DNA of 64,000 bases from the human T2T-CHM13v2.0 reference genome, Homo sapiens. This document shows positions 16,695 to 32,093 of the stretch, one piece after another. Numbering within the stretch: position 1 is the stretch's first letter; every line of letters begins with the position of its first letter. The notes under the pieces are model-generated. The model was not told the origin of the DNA and did not search any database. It was given only the letters and a program-made list of their open reading frames with translations. Where the stretch lies: the NCBI RefSeq assembly GCF_009914755.1, contig NC_060926.1, one strand, 5' to 3'. Position numbers and translations under genes: made by a program.

Positions 16695-17473
16695 TAGTTT
16701 TCCTTAGGCTAATGTAATTAGTGGTTTTGTGAATTCTAGAGCCATTAAGAGGTAGTTTTTGGATTAACTGTTTTCATCTACTTATGAGCTGACTGTAGTT
16801 CATCCACTTATGAACTGAACTGTTTTCATCCTCTTATGAGCTGACTGTAGTGGGAAAATGGTGTGTGTCAGAGAGTTTAGGATTGGAAGAGATTCGGCTG
16901 TGCTTTCCAGGTAACTAAAACAAAGAACTGTTGTCTTGGTGCCCTTGTTTGGAATTCTTTCCAGATCATGATCAGAGAAGAGTGGTGCTACACTCACATT
17001 TTAGAAAATGACACTGACGCCCTGACATAGCTCCTTAAATTACTATGGATTCTGCCTTAAATTTATATTTGTTAAAAAATAAAACGTTTCTGACTTTATG
17101 AGCAGTCTCTGACTAGTACATACTCCACTGCTCTCCGTTCTTAGAGGGGTATTCACTGTCCCTTTTCTCCCACAGCTACAGAGTTTGCTCCCGCTTGGGA
17201 CTTTGTGCCCCATCTTATCACCCCAACCATACCCAGCTGTGTCAGGACTTGCAGGAAAGGCAGATAGGATCTGCAAGTGCAGGACAAATGAGAGTGAAAA
17301 GGTAGGCGAGACCATAGGACGGGGGTGAATGCATTCTAATACCCCTCCTGACTCTGGCAGCACCTTCCTCACTGCAGGTCAGGTCTCAGTTACTCTAGAT
17401 CTGTGAAGGAAAAATCGAGACTTGGACTAGAATTAAGTCTGTGAACACAAAGTCTGCTTTAGAGTTTGCTTAC

Positions 17474-17663
17474 CTAGGGATTGGACCAATCTGTAATTTG
17501 ATACCAGGATAATTATGCTGTTCTGCCTTGGCTATTCGGGGTGTCGCCGTGACTTGTTCCCTCTCTTTTGGAGAAAGACAAGACTTCACAGATTCCATCT
17601 TCTTGGCCAGCTCTTCCACTGATGTTATACTAGTTTCAGCAACTGAAGAGTCAGAAGTAATCC
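17474..17663 (-). CDS. CKAP2L: CKAP2L exon 8
   Basis: 190 nt, AG/GT boundaries, GITSDSSVAETSITS...IGPIPR. Confidence 0.95.
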
Positions 17664-18425
17664 CTGTGTATGTAAGATCATGAAGGAAAGTAAGATTTAC
17701 CAATTTAATACTTCAACTAGAAGTCAATAACATGAAAAATACATACATACAATGATTTCCCAGTGATCTTCATGGGCTCCACATACTGAATAGTGATTGA
17801 TTTGAAGTGTGACTTATAACTTGTTTTTTCACATTAAGCTCTGTAGCAGTGTCTTGCTACATCAGGCTACCCTCGTAGCCAGCCCCCGAGACTGCTGTAC
17901 GTAGATTCTTGACACCCTTTCAAGACTCTGAACATATCTCCAGTCTCCTATTCACTCTCAAGAGAGCTCTCTTAGGGACTAATCACTGGCCTTCTACCCT
18001 TACACCACACCTTGGATCAATTTTCTTGACTCACTAAGGTTAACTCACACAACCTCCCAATCCCATTCCTCCCCAGGATGACCACATGGTTACTGCCTTG
18101 GACAGTGGGCAAAAACTGTCTTGCATTAATAGTTTTCATGGTAGCCCAAACACAATCACCAAAATGAAAGGAAGGAAATCAGACTGTGCCAGGCACACTG
18201 TGGCTAGAGGCTGACACCCTAAGTGAGGTCAATAGGGTGCAACAAAGGCATGGATTCCTGTCTTCTCTTTTTATTCCTTTTAAAACACTACCATGTTTTA
18301 ACCAAATAACTGAATTGTAGCCTCATTCTCAAAGAATCTACTATTATCTATTTTATGTCCTTCTTACCACATGTAGTGGGTTACTTAGCTACATGACTTG
18401 ATTGTTCCCCAGTTAAATCTACTCT

Positions 18426-18596
18426 TTTTTTTTGAGATGGAGTTTCGCTCTTGTTGTCCAGGCTGGAGTGCAGTGGCGTGATCTTCATTCACTCCAAATT
18501 CCACTTTCTGGGTTCAAACGATTCTCCTGCCTCAGCCTCCTGAGTATCTGGGATTACAAGCACGCACCACCACAACTGGCTAATTTTTCTTTTCTG

Positions 18597-18627
<31 letters not shown>

Positions 18628-18745
18628 CAAGACAGGGTTTCACCACGTTGGTCAGGCTGGTCTCAAACTCCTGACCTCAGGTGATCCACCTGCCTTGGCC
18701 TCCCAAAGTGCCGGGATTACAGGCGTGAGCTACCGTATGCAGCCT
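18426..18745 (-). mobile_element. Alu with expanded middle A-rich linker
   Basis: Alu motifs; flanking taaatctact duplication. Confidence 0.93.
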
Positions 18746-19066
18746 AAATCTACTATTAAAGGAAAAAGATTTGTCACCTTTTAAGATAACAAGAAGAATC
18801 CAATTTATTTTCTAAAGATAGCTTGTTTTTTCTTTCCATTCATATAACAAGTATCGTAAGCAATTATAATGTCACTCGTGTTTGGCACAATATATGTCTC
18901 ATAGAAGAGTCTTCTAAAGGTTATGACCACTGACAGTGATGGTCATCCAATTGAAGAGATTCCTGAGATAGCTATTTTTAAAGCGTAACACAAATTTAGA
19001 TGAGTATGTTGGTGGGTTTATTATGATTAAACATGTAACTTAAGGCATTTCTCCTTTCTGCCTCAG

Positions 19067-19105
19067 TCTCTTCCAGCAAAGAGCTGTTTGTCTTCTGCCA
19101 TCTAG
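19067..19105 (+). CDS. NT5DC4: NT5DC4 terminal coding exon (SLPAKSCLSSAI*) inside CKAP2L intron 7
   Basis: Acceptor tttctcctttctgcctcag, phase 0; peptide matches the human NT5DC4 C-terminus as I recall it; AATAAA at 19514-19519. Confidence 0.75.
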   Translation, partial: SLPAKSCLSSAI

Positions 19106-19360
19106 GATTCCAAGGAAGTGGGACACTCCAGTCTAGGCTGTTTTGGTGGAAACAACCTTTGTTCAGTATTGAGTAGTGCATTTACTTGTAATAATACAAA
19201 TAAGTCAGCTGATGACAATGGCTGAAAGGGCCAGGTCATGGAAACCAAGAAGTGAGAAGCATTTCAGGGGATGATTCTTTTCTTCTTTTTCCTATATGTC
19301 CTGGATGATTTTTACTGGTACAGCTAGAGAAGATGAATTTAAATTCAAAAATAATAGTAC

Positions 19361-19424
19361 CTTCTGTGGTTCTGTTTGAGTCTTGCAAGATATTAAGAAC
19401 AACTTTCCGCAACTCTTGTATTGG
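19361..19424 (-). CDS. CKAP2L: CKAP2L exon 7 (PIQELRKVVLNILQDSNRTTE)
   Basis: 64 nt, AG/GT boundaries, phase consistent. Confidence 0.95.
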
Positions 19425-19513
19425 CTGGAAGGAAGGAAGAAAACATACAAAATCTTAAAAACATTCATGCAAAAAATTTGCTAAGGAACTTTAACTTCAA
19501 ATACATGTTTTAT

Positions 19514-19519
19514 AATAAA
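19514..19519 (+). terminator. Poly(A) signal AATAAA, probable NT5DC4 3' end
   Basis: Canonical hexamer about 410 nt after the TAG at 19103-19105, followed by T-rich sequence. Confidence 0.6.
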
Positions 19520-19743
19520 AGTTTCCTTTTAAAATCTCGTCTAACTATAAATCTTTTGTCTAGCTTGACAGTTTTATAGCTTCATGAGAAAAGTAAAGGA
19601 ACAGAGAAAATTCTGATTAAGTGTTGGCACACTCGACTTAATGAACAGATGTATTTAAAGTTGTCCATAATGTAATTTGTCTACATCAAATTCTATTTTC
19701 CTATTGATTTGTATAATACTGTCAAATATGTATTCCTACATAA

Positions 19744-20420
<677 letters not shown>

Positions 20421-22039
20421 TAATTTTCTCCAGCTTTTCCTGTCTTTCTTCTTTTATTTGTTAACATACTTAGAAAAAAAAACCTTCATGGAAAAGTAAT
20501 TTTCTGATAAAATTATCTGAGATAGGCTTTATTTTTCAAGTATGTAAACCATGCCATGAAGCAGAAGCTGCACTTTCCCACAAGAAAATTATAGTTGGAG
20601 GTTTGTCTTCCTTACCTGGAACTCTGTATCAAATAGATATAAACTGACAATAAAGCATAAAAGCAAAGCTTTCCGTACATTTTTTCAAAATCCAAAATAG
20701 AATTATGATTTCAGCTAAATGAATGGGAATAAATGTATAGAATATATTACAAAGAGTGAATTCTATACAACATTCATCAAGCATATTTTATATTTGTATA
20801 GCCTTCTGGTTAATGATGGTGGATTAAATATACGTTTATTTCTAATCTCTCTTGAAAATCGACTGAAAGGATAATAAAGGGATTAAGAAGAGGCAATAAC
20901 CACAAAACATAGGAGAGAAGAAATGACAATAAGGTTTTGGAAGCTGCAGTGCAGAAGGAAGAGAGGTAAACAATTTGATCTACTTGAGAGAGTTGAATCC
21001 CAAGCTGGCAGTGTGGCTAAGAAACAACCTGACAGAAAGGCTAAGGAATGGGTGGTAGGGCCCAAATTAGGAGGACTCTTTAGCATCTGTTCAAAAAGCA
21101 GTCAGACCTCCAAATCCATCCTGCACCCCTAAACTCTATGCAGCCTAGTAACTGTGTCTGACTCCCTTCATCCTAACAGAAAACTGGGAATGTATTCTGC
21201 AAGTCTCTGAGGGATATCATGCAAGATTAGGATAGGGTGCTTTCTGAGAAAAGGAGATAAGCAAAAGTTTCTATGTTGAGGGTTGAGACTCCCTGCTCTC
21301 TTCTCTCCCACAGCACTGGCAGCCTGGTGTCTAGCTCCCAGGAAGGAGATTGGAACAGATTTCTCCAGATAACTTGACCAGCTTAAGAGGAAAGACCTAA
21401 AGATACTGATATTGAGGGTTTTCTAACTAGTCAACTCAGCCAGATCACCCTGTGTTGAAGCCCCATCCATGTGTCTCGGGCTTTAAATAAGCTTTTTCAG
21501 ACCCACCTTTTATATGTGCAAACAGCCCAGTTTCACCAGCATCTGTGTAAAGCCTTTAAAGAATAATAGAGAACAAAACAAAAAGAACAAACAAACAATA
21601 ACAAGAGAGAAAGAAATGAAAAACATTGGAGAAGAAATAGACAATGTAGGAAGAAGAAAACTAATATGGGTTCTAAAAACAAGGGATCCACCCAACTTAA
21701 GAAGGATGTAAAGGGAATCTAAAGGTGATGGTAAAGAGATCCCAGAAAGACAGCTGGTGAAGACGGCAGTAAAAAGTAACTTGTTCAGTCTGGAATAAGC
21801 CAGAAGGGTCTAGGAGAAAGCTCTTTATCTAAGAAAAAGGAATCAATAGAATATCTGATGTTTTCAAAGTATTGAGGAACTTAGACAATTAGCGAAGAGT
21901 TTGTGAATTAATTATATAATAAATACTCAGAAAACTAAGCAAAGGCAAAACAAGACAATAACTCCAGGAAAAGTAGAAAGTTGTGCTTGAAAGGCAAAGT
22001 AATCATAGTATATATTGCATGGCTCAACATATTCATGTA

Positions 22040-22335
<296 letters not shown>

Positions 22336-23074
22336 CATATATTTCTTATATATTCATAACAATGTGAATGCTAAATAGTGACCAGAATTTCCATGACTCT
22401 AATGAAAGTATAAGGAATGGCAAAGGTCTATAAGGATGGTAAATAGGGGTGTGTATTTGTGTGTGCTGGGGATCTGTGTATGTATGTGTGAAAGAGGGCT
22501 AAATCTTCACTCTGCATAGCTGGAAGTCCATAAATCATATCTAAAACTGAAAAATCAAGAAACAGAAACACGTTTTCTGAAACTATAGAGGTTAATATAA
22601 AAATAAATCAGTTTGCTCTAGGAAGGGGAAAATGGGAGGGAAGGAAGGCAGAGGTCTTACTGAACGAAACTTATCAAACTACTTGACTGCTTAAACTATG
22701 TGCATGTACAATTCTGATTTTGAACCATTATGGAAAAAGGTATCACACAGAATACAGAACATGACATGGAAAATGACATTTTAAGGAAAAGCATTATAAA
22801 ACTATTTGATGCAGTTTTTGTAAATAATAATTATATAGTTTTTTTTTCTAAATTTTAGAATTAAAAGTTATTTCATGCAATGGCTCTGAATTATTGATTT
22901 AAGGATGTTGACGTATTGGGTTTAATATATTTTTAAGTTCTTTATGGTAAGGTATGACTTTATAAGTGTTGGATATTGATGTTGCAAACTTCTAACCATC
23001 ATATTACAAACAACAACAGAGAACTCACATGAAAGAGAATTTTAAGAAGTTACCCACCCAAGACAGATACTCAC

Positions 23075-23230
23075 TGTTGCCCCATTTTTAATGGCCTCTT
23101 CATATAGCCCAATAACATCAAAGGTGCCTTTACTTGCCAACAACTTTGCTTTGCAGATCCAGAATTTAGCAAATTTTTCAGCTTCAGGAATGCTGGACAA
23201 TATGTTAAGTATTTCATTAGAAGGTACACC
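23075..23230 (-). CDS. CKAP2L: CKAP2L exon 6 (GVPSNEILNIL...FAKFWICKAKLL...NGAT)
   Basis: 156 nt; CKAP2-family conserved KFWIC motif. Confidence 0.96.
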
Positions 23231-23395
23231 CTGAAATAAACCAAAATATCCAGAGGTAATTATTACCATTTCACTGTTAGTCTCACATCTCCTAATATTT
23301 ATTACAGCAGGTATGCAGAAATTGGTTTGATCACTAATATTTTTGAACTTTTAAAAAAATTTCAATTTTACTGAGGTACAATGTACATGTAATAA

Positions 23396-23910
<515 letters not shown>

Positions 23911-24299
23911 TCCTCATCATTAAATTTTAAGAGTTATATGAGACCAAATAGAAAATGTTTATCATAGCTGAAGGTAAGAAATATGTTCATTTTTACATGG
24001 TACAAAAACAAAACAAATCCTAGAGTAAACATTTACATATTCATAATATTCCATATTTATAATAACGAGAACACTGAGTAGTGATGAGAATTTCCATAGG
24101 ACTAATAGCAGTGTAAAGAATGACACAGGCATGCGAAGGTCATAGGGGTGTATATGTGTAAGTGTCAGGGATTTATGCAGGTGTTTATGAAAGAGGGTTA
24201 AATCCCACAAAAAGATACTTTGAAATGGATTCACTGGTTTGGTTCCCTTCTGGCTTGTGCCGTAAGCAGGACAGTGACATGGACCCAACGAATGGGGAG

Positions 24300-27200
24300 C
24301 ACTACCATGCCCAGAAATCCAGGTACTGGCACACTCAGCCAAGCAGCACCTTCTACTGCTAGAAATGGGGGAGACGCAAAGGTAAGTTCACAATTGAGAA
24401 TCACTAACATTTGAGAAAACCAACACTACATGAAAGAGGCATAAAACTCAACAAACAAGAATGAACACTGGAGCAAAGAGGAATACTTTTAAGAGTATCA
24501 CAGTCAATATCTTCAGAGTGATAAGAGAGAGTATTGCTATCCTAAAACTAGAATGGGCTGTTATGAAAAATAACCAACAGAAAGGCAGAACAACTGCATG
24601 GACAGCGCTGAAGAATACATCTGTGAGCTGAAAATTCAGCTGTGAAATCCTCCTAGAAACCAGTGTAATAAAACAATGAAGTGAACAGTATGAAAACAAC
24701 ATTTAGAGTTCTGAAGGATATATCCATTACTCAATAACTCCAATATCCATCTAAGAGAGTTTCTAGAAGGAAAAAAGTTCAACACACAAAGTGGTTGTAG
24801 AAGAAGAATTTCAAGAAATGAACAAAGAAACAGTTGTTCAGGTTGAAAAGGCTCTCAGATAGTTAAGCAGGATGAATGGGAGAAAAAAATATAATAGAAA
24901 ACCAAAGATAAAAAGAAAATCGTACAAGCTTCCAGAGAGGGGGAAGAAAAGGATTACCTATAAAGGAATGAGAATCAGACTGACGTGAGACATTAACAAA
25001 TCAACAACTCCAGATGCAAGAAAGAAAATGAAGCAGTCACTTAAATTTTTCCAGGGAAAACAAGCTGAAATTAAGAAATTTCCCCCAGCCAAACTATGAT
25101 TCCAGCATGAAGGCAAAATAACAAGTTTCACAAGAATACAGACTCAAAAGGTTTGCCATTCAAAAATCATAAAGTCACTAGTGAGTAAACTTTAGAATTC
25201 ACATGAAAGACTTGAAATAAAAGTAACTGCAGGCCAGGTGCAGTGGGTGGTTCACACCTGTAATCCCAGCACTTTGGGAAGCTGAGGCAGAGGACTGCTT
25301 GAGGCTAGGAGTTTGAGACCAGCCTGGGCAACACAGTGAGACCCTGTGTCTACAAAAAAATGTAAACTATAATGGGTGTAGTGGTGTGTACCTGTAGTCC
25401 TAGCTACTCAGGAGGCTGAGGTGGAGGATCACTTGGGTCCACCCAGGAGGTTTAAAGTTGCAGTGAGCTATGATGGCATCACTGCACTCCAATCTAGGCA
25501 AAAGAGTGAAACCCTGTCTCTTAAAAAAAAAAAAAAAATGAAAAAAGGAACTGCAAGAAGAATATGATATATATTCTGCAAATCATGTTTGAGCTTACAT
25601 CTATCACTTTATTTTCATTTCAGTGTATTATTTTATGAAATAAAACTAGATTAAACACAGAAATGAGGAAAAAATAATTCATGTAAGCTGAATTACAAAA
25701 TAAAATAGCAGGCATAAGTTTAAACATACAAGTAATCATAATAAATGTGTACGAACTAAATTTGCTTTTTAAAAGCAGAGAGTTTCAAATTTGTTTAAAA
25801 CATTTAACTGTGTGCATTTATATGAGACATACCTAAAATAAGTCAGCCCATGAAGGCTTAAAGTAAAGGGATGGAAAAAGAGCTACCAGAGCTACCAGAC
25901 ATATTCTAACAACAAAAAGCAGGTGTGGCAAGATTAATCAGACAAAAGAAATCAAAGCAAGTCATGAATCTTTCTGTACCTAACAACATAACTTTAAAAA
26001 ATAGAAAGTAAAAATTGACAGACATATGAAGAGAAATTGTCAATGATTAATCACAGTGCCAGTGACAGACTTTGGCATATTTCTTTCAGAAAGCAATAGA
26101 TCAAATAAACAAATAGGATATACATTATTTTCAAACACTTTTGGAACATTTACCAAGAATGATCAGATATTAAGGCCACAAAGAAAATTTCAACAAAATC
26201 CATCAAGTAGAGTACACATAGGCCACATTCACCAACTACAATGCAATATAATTAGAAATTAACAGCAGAAAAAAAAATCTACACATCTGGAAATTAAAAG
26301 ATACTTTTCTAAGATATTTTTTGGGTTAAAGAACTCAAAATGGGAATCTCAAGCTATTTAGAAATGAACAATGACAAGATATGTCAGTTATGAAGCTTTT
26401 GTCTATTGGCCCCAAACCCCATCCTCTGCTTTGTGATGCTGGGGATAAAACTCTGTAAAACTTTCTGCTGGGCAGCAGCTCCCTGCTCAGCTCTGCCAGC
26501 AGGGGGCACGAGAGGGAGGCTGCAGGGATGGAGAAGGAAGACACTTGCTTCTTCCTATTTGCTTTCATCACCCCAGCAACGGTCCCTCACCCTGGCAGTA
26601 ACAGTTGGTTCTAGCATCTTTTTTTCCCCCTCAGAGCCCACCTCCCTGTGCAGCTTCAGAGCAGAAGCACCAAATGGATAGCATCTTTTCCTCAAAATCT
26701 GAGCCCCAGCCCTGCAGGGCCTCTCCTCCATCATCTGCTGGGTAGTATGCCTTCCTTACAGTTGGAGTCCCATTTCTACCAGGGTTTGTCTCTCCTGCTT
26801 CTTGGTTCTGATACCCTAACCTCTCTTTGTTCTCCTAGACCCAGTGGGTACAAGCTGCTTCCTACAGTTATCACATTACCTCAGGTTCCTGTGTGCTGTC
26901 AGCCCTGTGTGTAGCACCCACACTCCTTCTGATCCCTTCAGCATCTTGTGCACACAGGCTTACCGCGTGCTTTCACAGCCAGCATCTGTGCTCCCTCGTA
27001 TGTGCCCAGAGAGTGAGAAGTGCCTGACAATTCTTGTCCGCCCGAGGCAGCCATGAATAAATGACCATGGAAGCTTTAACAATGTAGCTCCCTTGCCTCT
27101 GATCAGGATGACTCTGAGAGATGTGACCTACACTGTCTCCAGAGCTCCCCTGTGGGGCTGTGCCAGAGTCACCGTCCATGGATTCGCTTTTCTGATCCTA

Positions 27201-27900
27201 CAACTTCACTCCCCTCCCAGTTTTCCCTGGAGTGTCTTCCTAATAAACTACTTTCACATGGATTCTCCTCTTAGGCTCCACCTCTAGAGAACCCACATAA
27301 GATACTGTGTAACCAATTACATTCTTTCTGTGGTTTGTTTTTCAGACTTGATCCTGACTGATAAAGAGTATTACTTAGTCAAATCTGAGGGATATGACCA
27401 AAGTAAAATTCAGAGGCAAATCTGCTATAGCACTGAACATATTTATAAAAAAAAAAAAAAGAAAGACTCACTTTTAAATGATCTAAGGTTTCAATTAAAA
27501 AGCTAGGAAAAGAGCAATAAATATAAAAATAGATGCAGACATTGATGCAAGAGAAAAAATAATCAATAAAACCTGAGGTCTTTTAAAAAGATTAATGAGA
27601 AAAAATCTTTGGCAATAAAACCTGAGATCTTTTAAAAAGATTGAGAAAAAATCCCTTTAAAAAGTCACAAAATTACTAAAGTTGACTCAAGATATATGAA
27701 CTCTAGAACAATGACCCCATAACAAATTGAGAGGATATATACAAAATTATCCTCCAAAGAAACACGGTCCAGATGATTTTTATGGGCAAGTTTTTATCAA
27801 ACCTTCAAAAAATAAAAATAATTCTCATGTCATACAAACTATTTTCAGTTTATAGGGCAAAAAGGAAAATACTCAACTCATCTGCCTAAGTCAGCATAAC
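24300..27900 (+). mobile_element. Ancient degraded L1 (ORF1/ORF2 remnants), interrupted by an Alu (about 25231-25538) and an LTR-like segment (about 26390-27310)
   Basis: A-rich L1-like motifs (attacctataaaggaatgagaatcagactg, gatcagatattaaggccacaaag, ggtccagatgatttt); boundaries approximate. Confidence 0.65.
26496..26509 (+). promoter_or_regulatory. Candidate CTCF core motif
   Basis: CCAGCAGGGGGCAC fits CCASYAGRKGGCRS. Confidence 0.5.
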
Positions 27901-28921
27901 ATTGGTACTAGGAAAACACAAGAAAAGACAACCAAAGTACACAAAAATGTGAATAAAAGAATTGCAACTCACAAAAATATAATACTTCATTTCTCGACAT
28001 ACCTATACTGTATGGACATGCATGAAAACAGAATGAATGACTGGCAATGGTGGTCACCTCCAGAGAGAAGTTTGGGATGCCTAAGTATGTATGTTTGTAG
28101 AGGGAGAGGGCTGATCATTTATCTGCATTACTTGAAATGATTTCAATAATAAAAAGGTACTCATTTTTAAATAATACAACAACAAAAAAAGAGGATAAGA
28201 AAAAGAACTCAAGTTCAATTCCACAAGGAGAAATAGTTAATATTTAACTGGATGTTGTGAAAATGTTGCCTGGAGTAGACTTAAACTGAACTTTTCCTTT
28301 TTTTTGCTGATGTTCAACATTACCAGCCAAAGGACTGAATGAGTTTTGCTCTAGGCAAGGATCTTAGAAGTTTATTCCATCATTTTTTATTAATATATTT
28401 TTCCTTCAGGAAAAATTTCTCCTAAGGATCATACTCTTTGCCTACCATCTATTTTATCCTTATCTGCAGAATCCAAGATAAAATTTAAATACTATTTGTA
28501 GCTACCCAGAGTATTCAGAATACTCCAACTTTACATAGAAACTTGCCTTCTGACCTCAGTTTCAATGTTAAATGTGTACTCTTCAGAACTTGATACCCAA
28601 AGAAAGCAAAGTTCCTTTTGGAGCCAGTTTGTTTGGATTAGTTTTCCAACTTCTTTGTGCCTCAGTTTTGTTTGTAAAGTGGTCATAGTAACAGTGGTTA
28701 TGATAATTATGTGAGATAATCTTAGCTAAGTGCTTATAAAAGCACAGATACACAAAAGACACTGTTTATGGGCATGTCATTATTATTATTACTCTGTATT
28801 TACAAGAGTAGCTAAATTTCTACTTAGATGAAGGCTATCTCTCCTATATTATATTTAGGAATATGTTTAAAAATTATAAGACTTTGGGCCAAAGCTGGAG
28901 GAGCTTATCTTCTTCACTTAC

Positions 28922-29129
28922 CCCTTCGATGAGGTTCAGACATTCTGTCAGAGTGTTGTTAATTTTACTGGACAGTTCGAGTTGTGCTTTCTTTTCTTCC
29001 TCTTCTTTTTCAATGCTCTTCCAGAATGAAATATTCATTTCCTTTATTACTTTTCTTTTTGTTTTAAGTTCCATAGGAGGCCGTTTATAGGTTTTTCCCT
29101 TAGATTTCTGCCATTCTTCTAGTTGTTTC
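28922..29129 (-). CDS. CKAP2L: CKAP2L exon 5 (KQLEEWQKSKGKTYKRPP...ECLNLIEG)
   Basis: 208 nt, AG/GT boundaries; CKAP2 family motif. Confidence 0.96.
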
Positions 29130-30176
29130 CTGAAATTCAATTAAAGGGAGAGTGGTTTTATTTATTTTTAAACATAGTCAAGCTGCTAAAGTATATGATA
29201 TGTATAGATAGAGTATAATTAAATACTTTCAACTACAGACAAAATCAGGAGAATGGAATTAAAAAACAATTTACAAATGGGTAATGGCAGCATTGGGTTG
29301 CGCCCACCCACGAGAAGGCAGACACCAAGATTCTAAGATCACACGTGGCCAGCACTTCAGACTTCAAATAGAATTCGTGATTATGCATTATTTTTCTCGG
29401 AAAGTTTTCACTTCACTATATGCTACTTGACACTTGCTTTCCTAAGACATCCCTCTATTTTTGAGATGACTAACTCAGCAATTCATTTCTCTCACGCATA
29501 AGCTGTCACTCAACCCAAACCCACCAAGCCTGCATTCTACCCTCAATAAGGTCTTGGTGTGTAAACTGACCCACTTCACCTAGTTCCTTAGCCCTCTCTT
29601 GACCAGACATGACTCTTTCATAAGCTAGACCTATAAAGTCAGGGCTCTTAAGTAGCTGATCTCTGATAGTGCCAAGTGTCCCCCACTGTTCACATTTTCC
29701 ACTCCAGCTTCTAACAGGTGATAGACTGCTTTTTGGGGGTAGGGGCACCAAGACATATAGACCTCATGTTTGGATGTAGACACTCCAGTTTCTTTAAATT
29801 ACAACTACATATTAATAATGACTTCCAAGTGTACATTTCAGTCCAGATCTCTCCCTGGATCCCCAAACTTTGTAAAACCCACCGCCTAGTTGATATCTTT
29901 TGATGTCTGACAGGCATTTCAAATTTAATACTGTCACAAACAAAGTTATTGATTTTCATCTCTGCATCTGTTACAAATTTTTCTTACTTTGGTAAATAGC
30001 ACCCCAGGCTGTGTCACTGCCAAGAACTTTCCACAGCTCTTGGAATAAAATTCAAAATATTTTCCAAGGCAGAAAGGCACAGTGTAATCTGGCTCCTGCC
30101 TACCTCTCCAACCTCGTATCACACTAGTCTCCCTGTCACTCACCCCCTCCAGGAGCTCAGGTATCCTTAAAGTTTC

Positions 30177-30481
30177 TTTTCTTTTTTTTTTTTTTTTTTT
30201 TGAGACAATTTTGCTCTGTTGCCCAGGCTGGAGTGAAGTGGCATGATCTCAGGTCACTGCAACCTCCGCCTCCTGGGTTCAAGTGATTCTTGTGCCTCAG
30301 CCTCCCAAGTAGCTGCAATTACAGGCGCGTGCCACCACACCCGGCTAATTTTTGTATTTTTAGTAGAGATGGGGTTTCACAATGTTGGCTAAACCGGTCT
30401 CAAACTCCTGACCTCAAGTGATCTGACCACTTCAGCCTCCCAAGGTGCTGGGATTACAGGCGTGAACCATTGTACCCTGCC
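30177..30481 (-). mobile_element. Alu
   Basis: Full antisense Alu; flanking tcctt(a/g)aagtttctt duplication. Confidence 0.95.
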
Positions 30482-31948
30482 TCCTTGAAGTTTCTTGATC
30501 CAGACTCATTCCTGCCTTAAGGTCTTGCATCTTCAGTCCTCCCCTCAAATGACACCTCCATGAAGACGCAATTACCTGTAATTACCGTGTCTTATTTAGT
30601 CAATGTGTTGGTTTTCTGTCTCCTCCACTAGAGTGTAAGCTCTATGAAGGCAGAAACCTTGGCAGTCCAGTTCCCAGCACAGTGCCTAGCACACATAGGT
30701 ATTTAATAACACACAGTAAAATTCACCTTTTAGTGTGCAATTCTGAGTTTTGACAAATGCATCAAGTCATTTAAGTCTGACTATTATCAAGCTATAAGAT
30801 GGTTGCAACACTATCACTAATTCCCTCATGCTCCTTGGTAGTCAGTCTCACCCCTAACGCCCCCCTCCTGGCAATCACTGATCCGTTTTTTGTCTTTATA
30901 GTTTTGGTTTTTCCAGAATGCCAATAACTAAGTTTTGAATGAATGAATGCTATTAACTCTCATTTCTGACTCCAGAGCAACATCCATGCAATATTTATTA
31001 TTTCAGCCCCAAATACTGCCCCCTCACCTTCACTCCAACCACCTACTTGATGATACAAGGTGAGACATTTGGCATGTGCTTCCTCCATGTTCCTAGCATT
31101 TTCCCTATCTCCTTAGCCTTCCTTCTAATCATAAACGAAGAGTGAACTTTCCCTTTCTAAAGGCAACTTACTCCTAGGACCTCGATGCCATAATTTTGTT
31201 TCTCTAGTACTTTCTATATATACACCAAACAATTAGCTCCAGAAAGGTAAAGACTCACTGTGTGCTCATCACTGTGTCTCCTAGCGCCTGGCACACTGCA
31301 GGTGCTGAAGAAACACCTACAGAATGAGTGAATGAATCTCTCCCTCTCTAGACTCCTTCTCTTTTGTAATCAAACATGTTCAACCTGCAACACAGTCTTA
31401 TGACCAATCCTCTGTTGTCTGACCTAGGCTGAGCTCCAGGGCTGGGACCCTGACTTCCTTATTCACCACCTCAAGGTCTCTGCACTCACTTCTCTTTCTG
31501 CTCAGGATTGTTTTTCTTCTTGTCACCAGTCTTTTCTCAGACTTAGGTCTCAGCTCAGACATTGCTGTTGAAAGTACTTCTACTGATCCTTTTATCTAAA
31601 GCAGCCATTCCAGCCCTACTCTCTTGATCATAGCACCCTGAATTAAGTTGTTTACTTACTGTCTCTTCAGGAGGGCAAGGAGCTTGGTGGTGGTGTTCAG
31701 GGCTGTACCAAGCTGTACCTTGCTTCACCCTGCTACACTTTTTAGCAACCATCTAATTTTACATGCTCCCTTCACTCGTCAGAAATTTCCTTATTTTCTA
31801 CTTCAAGCAGGTATACATATGTGCTTCTCCTGGGAGGCTCACCCACTTCATGAGACTACATTTGGTCCTGGGTAGAAAGTGTACAAAATCCACTGGCTCA
31901 GTTTTAATCAATGTATGCTAATATTAACCAACCTGAGATCTTGATTTC

Positions 31949-32093
31949 CACGCCTGGCTAATTTTGTATTTTTAGTAAAAACAGGGTTTCTCCATGTTGG
32001 TCAGGCTGGTCTCGAACTCCCGACCTCAGGTGATCCGCTCACCTCGGCCTCCCAAAGTGCTGGGACTACAGGCATGAGCCAGCGTGCCCGGCC
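31949..32093 (-). mobile_element. 3'-truncated (tailless) Alu: left arm plus linker only
   Basis: Flanked by agatcttgatttc at 31936-31948 and 32096-32108; no right arm, no poly(A). Confidence 0.9.
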
